Of a stretch of 64,000 nt of DNA, positions 19,599-29,615 are shown piece after piece. The notes under the pieces were generated by a model. That model saw nothing but the letters and a program-made list of their open reading frames with translations. It was not told the origin of the DNA and ran no database searches. This DNA comes from Terriglobia bacterium (GTDB lineage Bacteria > Acidobacteriota > Terriglobia > Bryobacterales > Bryobacteraceae), in assembly GCA_963830415.1 (NCBI GenBank), contig CAWHMG010000004.1, positions 13,436 to 77,435 on the forward strand, given 5' to 3'. Within the stretch, counting starts at the first letter, position 1. Each line of letters opens with the position of its first letter. A program made the translations under genes and the position numbers.

Positions 19599-22500
19599 TT
19601 TCGGAATCCGACGGGCAAAACGAAGGCAGGGAAGCCGTCGAAATCGATCCCGGCCTGCCGCCTGACCCAGGAGCCATCGAGGTCGAGCGCGGCAACGAGA
19701 TAGATATCAGTCCGCCTCGCGGCCATCCTTTTCCAGTAGTTGGCATCGGTGGTTCCGCGGGTGCTCTGGATGCCTTCAGCTGCCTCTTGGATGCTCTCCC
19801 GAATGACACCGGCATGGCTTTTGTTATCGTGCAGCACCTGGATCCCCACCACGAAAGCCAACTGCCCGAGATTCTAGCTACGCACACAACGATGCCGGTT
19901 CATGTGGTTGAAGACGGCATCGGTGTGCGACCTAATGAGGTCTTTGTCATTCCCCCGAATGCCACTATTCTTCTCGAAGACGGCGTATTACGCCTGACGG
20001 ATCGCAATCCCGGTCTCCACCTGCCTATCGACACCTTCTTCGAATCGCTCGCGCATGTCCAGGGCGGCCGCGCCATCGGGGTGGTTCTCTCCGGAAACGC
20101 TTCTGATGGCAGCCTGGGCCTGCGCGCCATCAAAGCAGAATGCGGTTTGACTTTCGCGCAGGAAGAAGCTACTGCCCAGCATGTCGGAATGCCGCGCAAC
20201 GCAATTGCAACCGGGGCTGTAGATTACGTCCTCTCCCCTTCCGATATCGCGAAAGAGTTGGTCCATCTTAGCCGGCATCCATTCGTCCGGCCGCCTGAGC
20301 CAAAAGAGCCAGACAAGGAGATATTGCCCGAAGGCGACCACGAGCTGAAAAAACTCTTTGCTCTCCTGCGCGCCCGCACCAACGTCGATTTCACTCATTA
20401 CAAGTCAAATACGATCCGGCGCCGTATTAGCCGCCGCATGATCGTGAAACGCACTAAGACGCTCGGCGAGTACAACGGTGTTCTGAGTGAGAACACGGAA
20501 GAGGCTCGGGAACTCTATCGCGATCTTTTGATCAGTGTCACCAGCTTCTTCCGGGATGCGCCGGTCTTCGACGCTCTGAATCGTTTGCTTAAGGACCTGC
20601 TGGTATCGCGCGATGCAAATGAGGCATTCCGGGTTTGGGTTCCAGGTTGCGCCACCGGTGAAGAGGCCTATTCGATCGCGATCTGCCTCCGGGAGTTGAT
20701 AGACGAACTGGACTTGAACACGACCCTCCAGGTGTTTGCAACTGACATCAGCGATCTCGCCCTCGGCCGGGCTCGCGCAGCTGTGTATCCCGAGCTGATT
20801 TCCCAGGACGTCCCACCGGAACGGTTGCGCCGATTCTTCATTCGTATGGATAAGGGCTACCAAGTGAGTAAATCCATTCGGGAATCCTGCATATTTGCCC
20901 GGCAGGATGTTACTACTGATCCGCCCTTCGGGCACACCGATCTCATTAGCTGCCGGAACCTGCTTATCTATTTGGATTCCGCGCTTCAACGCCGGGTTCT
21001 CCCCATGTTTCATTACAGTCTGAATCCGACAGGGTTGCTTGTGCTCGGCACCGCGGAGTCGATCGCCGCGGCCAGTGACCTGTTTTCCGTGGTCGAGAAA
21101 GAGCAGCATATCTATGGCCGCAAGGCGGCACCCGTCCGGCTAACCTTCCCATTTACGAGCGGAGCTGCCCACGAAAGCGCGGATCCGGCTGAGGTACGTA
21201 CCACCTTGAACGGTGTCGAACTGCAGAGGAAAACGGACCTTGTCATTCAGAGCAAGTATTCTCCAGCGGCTGTGGTGGTTGACGGTGACCTCCAGATCCT
21301 GCAGTTCCGCGGCCGAACCGGCTTCTATCTGGACCCGGCTCCCGGCGAAGCCACTCTCAACATCCTCCGGCTCGCGCGCAAAGGCTTGACGCCGCCGCTG
21401 CGCAAAGCGGTGGAAGCTGCCGCAAAACAAAACATTTCTGTTCGAGAAACGGGAATTCCGCTCGAGCATCGGGGCGAGCGTCGCCAGATCGACATAGAAG
21501 TAACCCCTATAGCCGGAGCGTCCGCTGGCGAGCGCTACTTCCTGGTCGTCTTCGAAGAGGCGGCTAAGAACGGTGCGCCGCCAGCTCCTGTGTTCCTCTC
21601 CGCGCCGAGCGGCGAATCAACCGGAAAGGTCACCGCTCTCGAGTCGCAGGTGCGTGATCTTCAAAAGCAACTGGCGGAAGCGGTCGAACACCTGCGTAAT
21701 ACCGACGAAGATCACGAAGCTCACCTGGAAGAACTCAGGGCCGCCAATGAAGAGATACGAAGTGCGAATGAAGAACTTCAAAGCACGAATGAAGAGCTGG
21801 GCACTACTAAAGAAGAGCTGCAAAGCGCTAATGAAGAGCTCACTACCCTCAACGAAGAGCTGCAAAACCGGAACCAGGAGTTGAACCTCGTCAACAGCGA
21901 CCTTGGGAATCTGCTGAGCGCGGTAGATGTGGCGTTTTTGATACTCGATCGCGATCTCCGGCTCAGGAAATTCAGCGCGGCAGCCGTCAGGTACCTAAAT
22001 GTGCAGGCTATTGATATTGGGTATCCTTTGACTCACTTACAGGGCCGTATAGATCTTTCGGAGTTCCAGGCGCCGACCCGCAAGGTGGTCGATACGCTGG
22101 CTGTCGAAAAACGCGACATTCAGGATCGAGAGGGGCACTGGCTTTCAGCCACAATCAGGCCGTATCGCACGGTAGACGATCGCATTGCAGGGGCGGTAAT
22201 CGTCTTCGTCGATATCGATCCTCTAAAACGAACCTTGCGGGCAGCCGAAGAAGCTCGGGATTATGCGGAAGACATGATTTCGACAGTGCGCGAGCCCCTG
22301 CTGGTCTTGGATGGCGATCTGAGGATCCAGCGCGCCACCTCATCGTTTTATCAAGTGTTCCGTGTCTCTCGTGAGGAGACCGAGGGTCGTCTGCTCTACG
22401 ATCTCGGAAATGGCCAGTGGAATTCGGCCAGGCTGCGAGAGTTGCTCGGGGACGCTTTGTTTCGCAATCACTCCTTTCAGGATTTTGAGATTGAACACGA

Positions 22501-23611
22501 TTTCCCGCACCTGGGGCGACGCAGGATGCGGCTCAACGGAAGGCGGATTTCCAGTCAGAATGAGGAGAACCGCACGGTACTACTCGCCATCGAGGACGTT
22601 ACGGAGCGACGCGAAGAAGCCGAAATCCGTTATCAGCGCCTGTTTGAAACCGCCAAAGACGCCATGTTGCTGTTCGACATGGAAACCGGAGCTTTAACCG
22701 ATGTGAATCCTTACTTCCTCGAACTCACCGGCTTCGGGCGCGAACAGTTGATCGGCCGCTCGTTGGGCGAAATGGAGCCGTTTCAGAGCGCCGGCGAGGC
22801 TGCCGATATCATCGCTGAGGCACGCCTCCAGGATGTTACACGCCATGACAACGTGCCCCTTGCCACTGCGGATGGAAGACGCCTGGAAGCGGAGTTGCTG
22901 GCAAACCGCTATTCGGTCGGAACTCAGCACGTTGTGCAAGTCAATCTCCGCGACGTTACCGACCGCGCTCGTGCCGATCAGCAGCTCCGAACATCGCTCC
23001 GGGAAAAAGAAGTTTTACTCAAAGAGATTCATCACCGTGTCAAGAACAACCTTCAGGTGATCGCCAGCCTCCTCAGCCTGCAATCGGAATACCTCCCTGA
23101 CGCGAAATCCCGGGCGGTTCTGGAAGAGATGAACACGCGCGTTCGATCCATAGCGGCGATCCATGAAATGCTCTATGCCGCGCCCGACCTGTCGTCCATC
23201 GATTTCGGAAAATATTTGGATACGCTGGCGAAAGATCTCTTTTCCTTTTACTCGACGCGAGTGGATGGAGTCCGTATCCAGGTAAACTCCAGCCCGTTAT
23301 TGCTTGAGATCACCCAGGCTGTCCCATGCGGCTTGATCGTCAACGAGCTGCTGACGAACGCTTTCAAACACGCCTTTCCAGCGACCCGCTCCGGCCTGAT
23401 CGAGGTCTCATTTCACTGTTCTGACGAGAGATGCTCGCTCGGGATCTCCGATAATGGCATTGGACTGCCCGTCGGCCTGGAACCCGAGACCGCCGCATCT
23501 ATGGGGCTACAGCTCTTAGATCTCCTCGTCCGCCAATTGGAAGGAGAACTACGCATCGACCGCCAGCCGGGTACTCGCTTCACGATTTCATTTCCTCGAA
23601 AAATTGTGTAA
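19595..23611 (+). CDS. CheB methylesterase - CheR methyltransferase - coiled coil - PAS x2-3 - HisKA_2/HWE-type histidine kinase fusion
   Basis: CheB-like VVGIGGSAGALDAF...VIVQHLDP. CheR-like FRVWVPGCATGEEAYSIAICL...ISCRNLLIYL. NEEL heptad linker. PAS-like blocks. H-box LKEIHHRVKNNLQVIASLLSLQ. ATPase NELLTNAFKHAF...DNGIGLP. Confidence 0.9.
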   Translation: MISESDGQNEGREAVEIDPGLPPDPGAIEVERGNEIDISPPRGHPFPVVGIGGSAGALDAFSCLLDALPNDTGMAFVIVQHLDPHHESQLPEILATHTTMPVHVVEDGIGVRPNEVFVIPPNATILLEDGVLRLTDRNPGLHLPIDTFFESLAHVQGGRAIGVVLSGNASDGSLGLRAIKAECGLTFAQEEATAQHVGMPRNAIATGAVDYVLSPSDIAKELVHLSRHPFVRPPEPKEPDKEILPEGDHELKKLFALLRARTNVDFTHYKSNTIRRRISRRMIVKRTKTLGEYNGVLSENTEEARELYRDLLISVTSFFRDAPVFDALNRLLKDLLVSRDANEAFRVWVPGCATGEEAYSIAICLRELIDELDLNTTLQVFATDISDLALGRARAAVYPELISQDVPPERLRRFFIRMDKGYQVSKSIRESCIFARQDVTTDPPFGHTDLISCRNLLIYLDSALQRRVLPMFHYSLNPTGLLVLGTAESIAAASDLFSVVEKEQHIYGRKAAPVRLTFPFTSGAAHESADPAEVRTTLNGVELQRKTDLVIQSKYSPAAVVVDGDLQILQFRGRTGFYLDPAPGEATLNILRLARKGLTPPLRKAVEAAAKQNISVRETGIPLEHRGERRQIDIEVTPIAGASAGERYFLVVFEEAAKNGAPPAPVFLSAPSGESTGKVTALESQVRDLQKQLAEAVEHLRNTDEDHEAHLEELRAANEEIRSANEELQSTNEELGTTKEELQSANEELTTLNEELQNRNQELNLVNSDLGNLLSAVDVAFLILDRDLRLRKFSAAAVRYLNVQAIDIGYPLTHLQGRIDLSEFQAPTRKVVDTLAVEKRDIQDREGHWLSATIRPYRTVDDRIAGAVIVFVDIDPLKRTLRAAEEARDYAEDMISTVREPLLVLDGDLRIQRATSSFYQVFRVSREETEGRLLYDLGNGQWNSARLRELLGDALFRNHSFQDFEIEHDFPHLGRRRMRLNGRRISSQNEENRTVLLAIEDVTERREEAEIRYQRLFETAKDAMLLFDMETGALTDVNPYFLELTGFGREQLIGRSLGEMEPFQSAGEAADIIAEARLQDVTRHDNVPLATADGRRLEAELLANRYSVGTQHVVQVNLRDVTDRARADQQLRTSLREKEVLLKEIHHRVKNNLQVIASLLSLQSEYLPDAKSRAVLEEMNTRVRSIAAIHEMLYAAPDLSSIDFGKYLDTLAKDLFSFYSTRVDGVRIQVNSSPLLLEITQAVPCGLIVNELLTNAFKHAFPATRSGLIEVSFHCSDERCSLGISDNGIGLPVGLEPETAASMGLQLLDLLVRQLEGELRIDRQPGTRFTISFPRKIV
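21728..21883 (+). repeat. in-frame 21-nt (heptad) repeat encoding the (S/T)xNEEL(Q) coiled-coil linker
   Basis: EELRAANEEIRSANEELQSTNEELGTTKEELQSANEELTTLNEELQNRNQEL, with AATGAAGAGCT recurring at 21-nt spacing. It also generates spurious ORFs in other frames. Confidence 0.8.
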
Positions 23612-23673
23612 TCTTAATGACTAATTGGCTCGAATGCCGTATCAGTCGTTCCGAGTATTGCATCTTACGATAC

Positions 23674-24480
23674 ATGTCACCAGAAAGAGACAATCTCTGG
23701 AGGATAGCGGCTCTGATTGCCATTCTGCTCCAGCCCGGCTCAATACCCGCAGAACCGGTAACGGTAAGATACACGGAGGGAACCGTCCGCGGCTTTCTCG
23801 CCCTCCGCTCAGCCGAGGGTAAAATTCTTGCGGAAGGTGATCTGTTCCAAACCATTCATGGAGAGCGGGCGGTCTCTCGGCTGGTCTTCCATTTCAAAGA
23901 CGGCTCGGTTGACGACGAAACCTCTGTGTTTACTCAACGCGGTCACTTTCGGCTGATACGCGACCATCACATCCAGCGAGGGCCGATGTTCCCGAAACCG
24001 ATGGATCTTATGATTGACGGCCTTACCGGCCAAGTTACGGTCCGCTATCAAGACAAGGAACACGAAAAGGTCGATACTGAGCACCTCAACTGTCCGGCCG
24101 ACCTGGCGAACGGCATAATTCTCAACGCACTGACAAACATCTCACCCGATACGAAAGAGACGAAGTTATCCTATGTGGCGGCCACGCCAAAACCGCGGGT
24201 TGTGACGCTTTCCATCACACCTCAAGGCGAGGAAACGTTTTGGGTCGCCCAGACTCCTCACAAGGCGGTTCGTTTCGTTATCAAAGTCGACCTGGGTGGC
24301 CTCACTGGAATCATCGCGCCTCTGATAGGCAAACAGCCGGCCGACACTAACGTCTGGGTCAGTGCCGGGGAAGTACCGGCATTCGTTAAATCAGAGGGTC
24401 CGCTTTATCAGGGAGGCCCTATTTGGAGCATCGAGACGACGAGCCCCGTTTGGCGGGGCGCGCCGCCGTACAAAAAGTAA
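23674..24480 (+). CDS. secreted hypothetical protein
   Basis: ATG 23674 gives MSPERDNLWRIAALIAILLQPGSIPAEP (signal-like); the ORF is open from 23617. No recognisable motif. Confidence 0.5.
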   Translation: MSPERDNLWRIAALIAILLQPGSIPAEPVTVRYTEGTVRGFLALRSAEGKILAEGDLFQTIHGERAVSRLVFHFKDGSVDDETSVFTQRGHFRLIRDHHIQRGPMFPKPMDLMIDGLTGQVTVRYQDKEHEKVDTEHLNCPADLANGIILNALTNISPDTKETKLSYVAATPKPRVVTLSITPQGEETFWVAQTPHKAVRFVIKVDLGGLTGIIAPLIGKQPADTNVWVSAGEVPAFVKSEGPLYQGGPIWSIETTSPVWRGAPPYKK

Positions 24481-24731
24481 ATCATGTGCTTACTGAGCCG
24501 CGGGTGAGCGAGCGGTACTGATCCCGCCGCCTCTCGCGAAGCGCGCGCCGATTGGGCGTATTTCTGGAGCGCACCCACACCGCGACCGCCTGCATTCGGC
24601 GCTCGCCTACCGCCCGCAGTCACTTTTCAGTGAACGGCGACTTGGCTTCGTTTCTCTGTATCATCAAGCGGTGCACTCCTGTCCTGCGAACTTCCCAACT
24701 CCGTACTCCCAATTCAATAGAATTCTTCTTC

Positions 24732-26012
24732 GTGCTTACTTCGTTTGCTCGTGCTAAGAGCGTTCGTGCTGGTGTCTTGCCCTTGCTTTGGGGTTTTGCC
24801 TTCTTGAGCTATCTGCTGAGAACGAATATCGCGGTTGCTCAGCAGTATATGGGACGCGAGCTGCGCTTCAGTGATCTCCAGATCGGCTACGTGTTCAGCG
24901 CGTTTCTGATTGGCTATACAATCTTCCAGGTTCCGGCAGGAGTGCTCGGAGACCGGTTCGGACCCCGAATCGTGCTGGCGATTTCAGGACTGAGTTGGGG
25001 CGCAACCACGCTGTTGACGGGCTTAGTGCCGGGATTTTTGCTCAAAAGCGCCCTTCTTGCGTTAACCTCGCTACTCGTGATCAGATTCCTGCTTGGCGCG
25101 GGTGAGGCCGCAACGTTCCCGGTAGCGATGACGGCCGTCGCAGATTGGTTTGCTCCTTCGGAACATGCGTTCATCAATTCTCTGATCTTTACCGGATCCA
25201 CGTTGGGAGCAGCCTTTGCGCCACCGCTCGTTGCCCACATCATGAACGCCCTCGGGTGGCGAGCGACATTCTATTGCACCGCGATTCTACCGGTGGTCCT
25301 CTCATTGTTGTGGTGGCGTCAGACGAAAGGACGGCAGCATCGGACAGTCCTACTTCCAGCGCGCGAAATTCGGAATGTCAGGGGAGGCAGTTGGCGCAGG
25401 TCTCTCTACGAGCCAAATGTCCTCGTTCTCTGCACCAGCTACTTTCTCTATTGCTACTCGATCTCTATCTTCGTCTACTGGTTGTTCAAGTATTTGGTGG
25501 ACGTACGCCATCTGAGCGTTGTAAACAGTGGCTGGGCGACCAGCCTGCCATGGATCGTGGCATCGGCCGCTGTTCCTTGTTTTGGTTATCTGAGTGGCCG
25601 CGTTTCGGAGCGCTTGGGAATGCTACAGGGTCGCCGGATCATCGCCATGAGCTGTTTAACCGTTTCGGCTTTCCTGATGTTCGTGGGCGCCGGTTCGCAG
25701 GAGATTGCGGTTTGCATCGGCGCGATCGCTTTGAGTGTTGGGCTGCTCTTCAGCACCGAGTCTTCGTATTGGTCGACCGCCATCGAACTTGCTCCTCATG
25801 ACGCGGGCGCAGCGAGCGGCTTGATGAATCTGGCGGGTAATTTGGGCGGCGTCGTATCGACTCTGCTGGTACCCGTTCTGGTCCACAGGTTCGGGTGGTT
25901 CCAGGCGCTGCTCTCGGGTTCCGGATTCGCTATCTTAGGCGCAGCGTTCTGGCTTCTGCTCAAAGCGCGGCAGCACACCGGTAGCTTAAGCTCGAGCATC
26001 AAGGCGCAATGA
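24732..26012 (+). CDS. MFS transporter (anion:cation symporter-like)
   Basis: The ORF is open from 24552, but the MFS core starts at LPLLWGFAFLSYLLRTNIAVAQQYMGRELRFS. GVLGDRFGPR motif and about 12 TMs. GTG 24732 is proposed as the start (uncertain). Confidence 0.8.
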   Translation: MLTSFARAKSVRAGVLPLLWGFAFLSYLLRTNIAVAQQYMGRELRFSDLQIGYVFSAFLIGYTIFQVPAGVLGDRFGPRIVLAISGLSWGATTLLTGLVPGFLLKSALLALTSLLVIRFLLGAGEAATFPVAMTAVADWFAPSEHAFINSLIFTGSTLGAAFAPPLVAHIMNALGWRATFYCTAILPVVLSLLWWRQTKGRQHRTVLLPAREIRNVRGGSWRRSLYEPNVLVLCTSYFLYCYSISIFVYWLFKYLVDVRHLSVVNSGWATSLPWIVASAAVPCFGYLSGRVSERLGMLQGRRIIAMSCLTVSAFLMFVGAGSQEIAVCIGAIALSVGLLFSTESSYWSTAIELAPHDAGAASGLMNLAGNLGGVVSTLLVPVLVHRFGWFQALLSGSGFAILGAAFWLLLKARQHTGSLSSSIKAQ

Positions 26013-28081
26013 GAGAATCGCAGCTTGGTCCACAGATGAAAAGCTTCAAGATACCCGTAAATCTCCTCCTCGCCTGCGCTGCGCTCAGTCTAACCGCGAC
26101 GGCTCAGACGTTGCCGGCACTAACGGCGCCTGTGCAGAACCGCGCGCCCCTGCAGCCGAATGCCTTCGATCCTCTCCCCTTGGGAGCCGTCCATCCAAAG
26201 GGCTGGTTGCTTAAGCAGGAAGAGATCCAGGCAGCGGGCTTGACGGGCCATCTGGACGAGTTTTGGAACGACGTCGGGCCGAACAGCGGATGGCTGGGTG
26301 GGACCGGAGAATCGTGGGAGCGTGGCCCTTATTATCTAGATGGGCTATTGCCGCTCGCCTATCAATTGCAAAACCCTAAGCTGATTCAAAAAGCCCGAAG
26401 ATGGGTGGATTGGAGCCTGAATTCGCAGCGTACTGATGGCCAGTTTGGCCCGCCAAAGAACGACGACTGGTGGCCGCGCATGGTCATGCTCAAAGTACTC
26501 ACTCAATACGCGGAGGTTAGCGGCGACCCCCGCGTGATCCCTTTCCTGACGAAGTACTTCGCGTACGAGTTGCGGGAGCTGCCTAACCGGCCATTGAAGG
26601 ACTGGGGCAAATACCGCTGGCAGGACAACGTCTACACGGTCATCTGGCTTTATAACCGCACGGGCGATAAGAGTCTGCTCGCGCTGGCCAAGCTGTTGCA
26701 TGGGCAGGGCTACGACTGGGAGGCGCAATTTGCAAATTTCCGGTACACGAAAAAGGAGACGCGCGAAGACTTAGGTCTAGGACCGAAAGGCCCGCCTCCC
26801 GATGCCGCCATGCAAACGCATGGAGTAAATAATGCGATGGCGTTGAAGGTGGCGCCGGTGTGGTGGCTGGTCAGCGGTAACGCGCAAGACCGCGGCGCGC
26901 TCGACCGGCAATTGGCGATGCTCGACAGATATCATGGGCTGCCGAATGGGATGTTCAGCGGCGACGAACATTTCGCTGGCCTCGATCCTTCGCAGGGCAT
27001 CGAGCTGTGCGCTGTGGTCGAGAGCATGTTTTCCTATGAGGAAGACTTTGCAATTCTGGGCGATGCGCGGCTGAGCGACCGATTGGAGCGCGTGAGTTAT
27101 AACGCTCTCCCGGCGACTCTTTCGAACGATATGTGGTCGCACCAATACGATCAACAGCCGAACCAGATTGCCTGCACGCGCGCCCACCGCCAGTGGTCCA
27201 CCAACGGGAACGATTCCAATTTGTTCGGTCTCGAGCCGAATTTCGGATGCTGCACCGCTAATCTTCATCAGGGTTGGCCCAAATTTGTTTCAAGCTTGTG
27301 GATGGCAACCCAGGACGGCGGGCTTGTGACCACCGCCTATGCCCCCAGTGAAGTGCGGGCGAAAGTGAAGGGTGCCAATGTCACGATTGAGGAAGCGACC
27401 GAGTACCCGTTTCGCGGCGATGTCCGGTTTACGATTCACTGCGGATCAGCCGCTACGTTTCCCCTGCTTGTTCGTATGCCGGGATGGGCTTCCGGCGTCG
27501 CAATCGGAATCAACGGAGGTCCGACGAAAACCGTTGCGGCCGGCGAGCTGCACAACGGGTTCTATACGCTCCGCCGGACCTGGAGGGACGGCGACGTGGT
27601 AAACCTCGCCTTTGCGCTTCAGCCCAGCGTGAGCCACTGGTTCCATAATTCCGTGGTCTTCGAGCAGGGACCCTTGGTTTTCTCTCTACCGCTCGATGGC
27701 CAATGGAGTGAACTCAAGAACTACGCCCAGAAGTCCGGCGACTGGCAAGTTACCTCGGCCAAGAACTGGAACTTCGCTGTGGAGCCTGGAGCCTGTACCG
27801 CGCAGGCCGCGCAAACATCCATTGGGAACACGCCATTTGACGTGACACATCCGGCTATAACTCTTACTGTCGAGGGCCGTAAACTTCCGCAATGGACGGT
27901 AAGTCAGAACTCGGCGGGGCCGCTGCCGCTTAGCCCGGTAAATTCAACCGAGCCGTTGCAGAAGCTGACTTTGGTGCCATACGGCGCGGCGAAGCTCCGC
28001 ATCACGGCGTTTCCCTTTCTGAGTGAAAAGGTAGCGTGCCCGGGCGGATCTCAATTGAGTGCGGTAAGACGATTGCCGTGA
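26009..28081 (+). CDS. GH127-like (DUF1680, beta-L-arabinofuranosidase family) secreted glycoside hydrolase
   Basis: Signal peptide. GIELCAVVES (E-x-C-A) and FGCCTANLHQGWPKF (CC motif) resemble the GH127 Cys/Glu metal-site landmarks. The start ATGA overlaps the MFS stop; alternative start at 26036. Confidence 0.6.
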   Translation: MRESQLGPQMKSFKIPVNLLLACAALSLTATAQTLPALTAPVQNRAPLQPNAFDPLPLGAVHPKGWLLKQEEIQAAGLTGHLDEFWNDVGPNSGWLGGTGESWERGPYYLDGLLPLAYQLQNPKLIQKARRWVDWSLNSQRTDGQFGPPKNDDWWPRMVMLKVLTQYAEVSGDPRVIPFLTKYFAYELRELPNRPLKDWGKYRWQDNVYTVIWLYNRTGDKSLLALAKLLHGQGYDWEAQFANFRYTKKETREDLGLGPKGPPPDAAMQTHGVNNAMALKVAPVWWLVSGNAQDRGALDRQLAMLDRYHGLPNGMFSGDEHFAGLDPSQGIELCAVVESMFSYEEDFAILGDARLSDRLERVSYNALPATLSNDMWSHQYDQQPNQIACTRAHRQWSTNGNDSNLFGLEPNFGCCTANLHQGWPKFVSSLWMATQDGGLVTTAYAPSEVRAKVKGANVTIEEATEYPFRGDVRFTIHCGSAATFPLLVRMPGWASGVAIGINGGPTKTVAAGELHNGFYTLRRTWRDGDVVNLAFALQPSVSHWFHNSVVFEQGPLVFSLPLDGQWSELKNYAQKSGDWQVTSAKNWNFAVEPGACTAQAAQTSIGNTPFDVTHPAITLTVEGRKLPQWTVSQNSAGPLPLSPVNSTEPLQKLTLVPYGAAKLRITAFPFLSEKVACPGGSQLSAVRRLP

Positions 28082-28083
28082 GC

Positions 28084-28494
28084 TTAACTGAACCGAAAAG
28101 CCGAAGGCAGCAAATCGTCGATCGAATATTCTTCCTCGCGATTTGCGATGAGGACTGTTGCTTCAGGAGCGAGTTCAGCCATCCACTGGCGACATGCGCC
28201 GCACGGCATCAGGCCCGATATAGGTCCGTTGGGGTCCGCATCTATGCAGGCGACCGCGATAGCGCGAATCGCGCGGTCTCCCGCGGTAAGCGCAGCCGAG
28301 AGAGCCGATCTCTCCGCGCACAGGCTCAGGCCCCAGCTCGCGTTCTCAACGTTTGCTCCTGCATAGATTCCAGCTTGCCCCAGGACAGCAGATCCCACCC
28401 GAAACTTAGAATAAGGTGCATAGGCAGCTTCGGCGATCAAGATCGCTCTTTGAATGAGTTCCAGACGCTCGCTTGCGCTTAGCTCTTTTTTCAT
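28084..28494 (-). CDS. cdd: cytidine deaminase
   Basis: 136 aa with CAERSAL (H/C-A-E) and PCGACRQWM zinc motifs. Confidence 0.9.
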   Translation of the reverse strand: MKKELSASERLELIQRAILIAEAAYAPYSKFRVGSAVLGQAGIYAGANVENASWGLSLCAERSALSAALTAGDRAIRAIAVACIDADPNGPISGLMPCGACRQWMAELAPEATVLIANREEEYSIDDLLPSAFRFS

Positions 28495-28509
28495 TGGGCC
28501 CCATTAATT

Positions 28510-29346
28510 ATGACCGTTCGAATTTCAATCAGCTTCAGGCTCGCTCTGCTGGCGCTGCCAATTGCCCTTGCGATTCAGGCGCAGGACAATTATGAAATTC
28601 AGGTTTATGGTTCGGATACGATTCCTCCCGGCCGGACCATGGTGGAGCTGCATAGCAATTTCACAATTGAAGGTTTCAAGACAAGCGTGGGCAGTGTTCT
28701 TCCCGACGAGCATCAATTGCATGAAACAGTCGAGATCACACAGGGCTGGACCGACTGGTTTGAGACCGGGTTCTATATTTTCACCAGCTCGGGACCGAAC
28801 CAGGGATATCAGTGGGTGGGCGACCATATCAGGCCGCGCGTTCGAGCCCCGAATAGCTGGCACTGGCCTGTGGGAGTAAGCCTGTCGTTGGAGTTCGGCT
28901 ATCAGCGTCCAGAGTTTTCGGCCGACACCTGGACTTTGGAGATCCGGCCAATTATCGATAAGCAGTTCAACCGGTGGTATCTGTCATTTAATCCGACACT
29001 CGATCGTTCTTTTCATGGCGCCAGTGTGCCTCAAGGAGTGGTTTTTTCGCCAAACGCTCAAGCCGCTTACTCGCTGACCAAGAAGTTCAGTGTCGGGCTG
29101 GAGTACTACGGCTCACTGGGATCGATTACAGGATTCAGTCCTTTCGGTCAGCAGCAGGAGCAGCTCGTGCCTGCCGTCGACTATGACTTCGGGCCGAACT
29201 GGGAATTCAATTTCGGAGTCCCAATAGGCCTCACGCACAATACGGATCATCTGATTGTCAAAATGATTATTGGGAGGCGTTTCAGTTTTTTCAAGCCACA
29301 TTTTCCCCACGCAATGCGCGGCGCCCCAACCCAGATGCCCCAGTAA
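28510..29346 (+). CDS. putative outer-membrane beta-barrel protein
   Basis: Signal peptide LALLALPIALAIQAQ, alternating aromatic/polar beta pattern, and a C-terminal segment ending IIGRRFSFF plus a short tail. Family not identified. Confidence 0.5.
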   Translation: MTVRISISFRLALLALPIALAIQAQDNYEIQVYGSDTIPPGRTMVELHSNFTIEGFKTSVGSVLPDEHQLHETVEITQGWTDWFETGFYIFTSSGPNQGYQWVGDHIRPRVRAPNSWHWPVGVSLSLEFGYQRPEFSADTWTLEIRPIIDKQFNRWYLSFNPTLDRSFHGASVPQGVVFSPNAQAAYSLTKKFSVGLEYYGSLGSITGFSPFGQQQEQLVPAVDYDFGPNWEFNFGVPIGLTHNTDHLIVKMIIGRRFSFFKPHFPHAMRGAPTQMPQ

Positions 29347-29351
29347 GAGCG

Positions 29352-29615
29352 TTAATGGACTTTTCGCGCGGACTTGGCGTCGGCCGCGGCTTTCTTTTGG
29401 GCCTGCATCTCTTTCGCTTTCGCAAACTTCTTCTGGAACCGGTCGACGCGGCCTTCCGTGTCTACCAGCTTTTGCCGCCCCGTGAAGAACGGGTGGCAAC
29501 TCGAGCAGATTTCTACGCGCAGATCGCCCTTGTGAGTGGAGCGCGTATTAAAGTGTGACCCGCACGCGCAGATGACATTTACTTCGTCGTAGGAAGGGTG
29601 AACTCCTGCTTTCAT
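29352..29615 (-). CDS. rpmE: 50S ribosomal protein L31 (Zn-ribbon C+ form)
   Basis: [27 protein letters not shown]...[31 protein letters not shown]. Confidence 0.95.
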   Translation of the reverse strand: MKAGVHPSYDEVNVICACGSHFNTRSTHKGDLRVEICSSCHPFFTGRQKLVDTEGRVDRFQKKFAKAKEMQAQKKAAADAKSARKVH

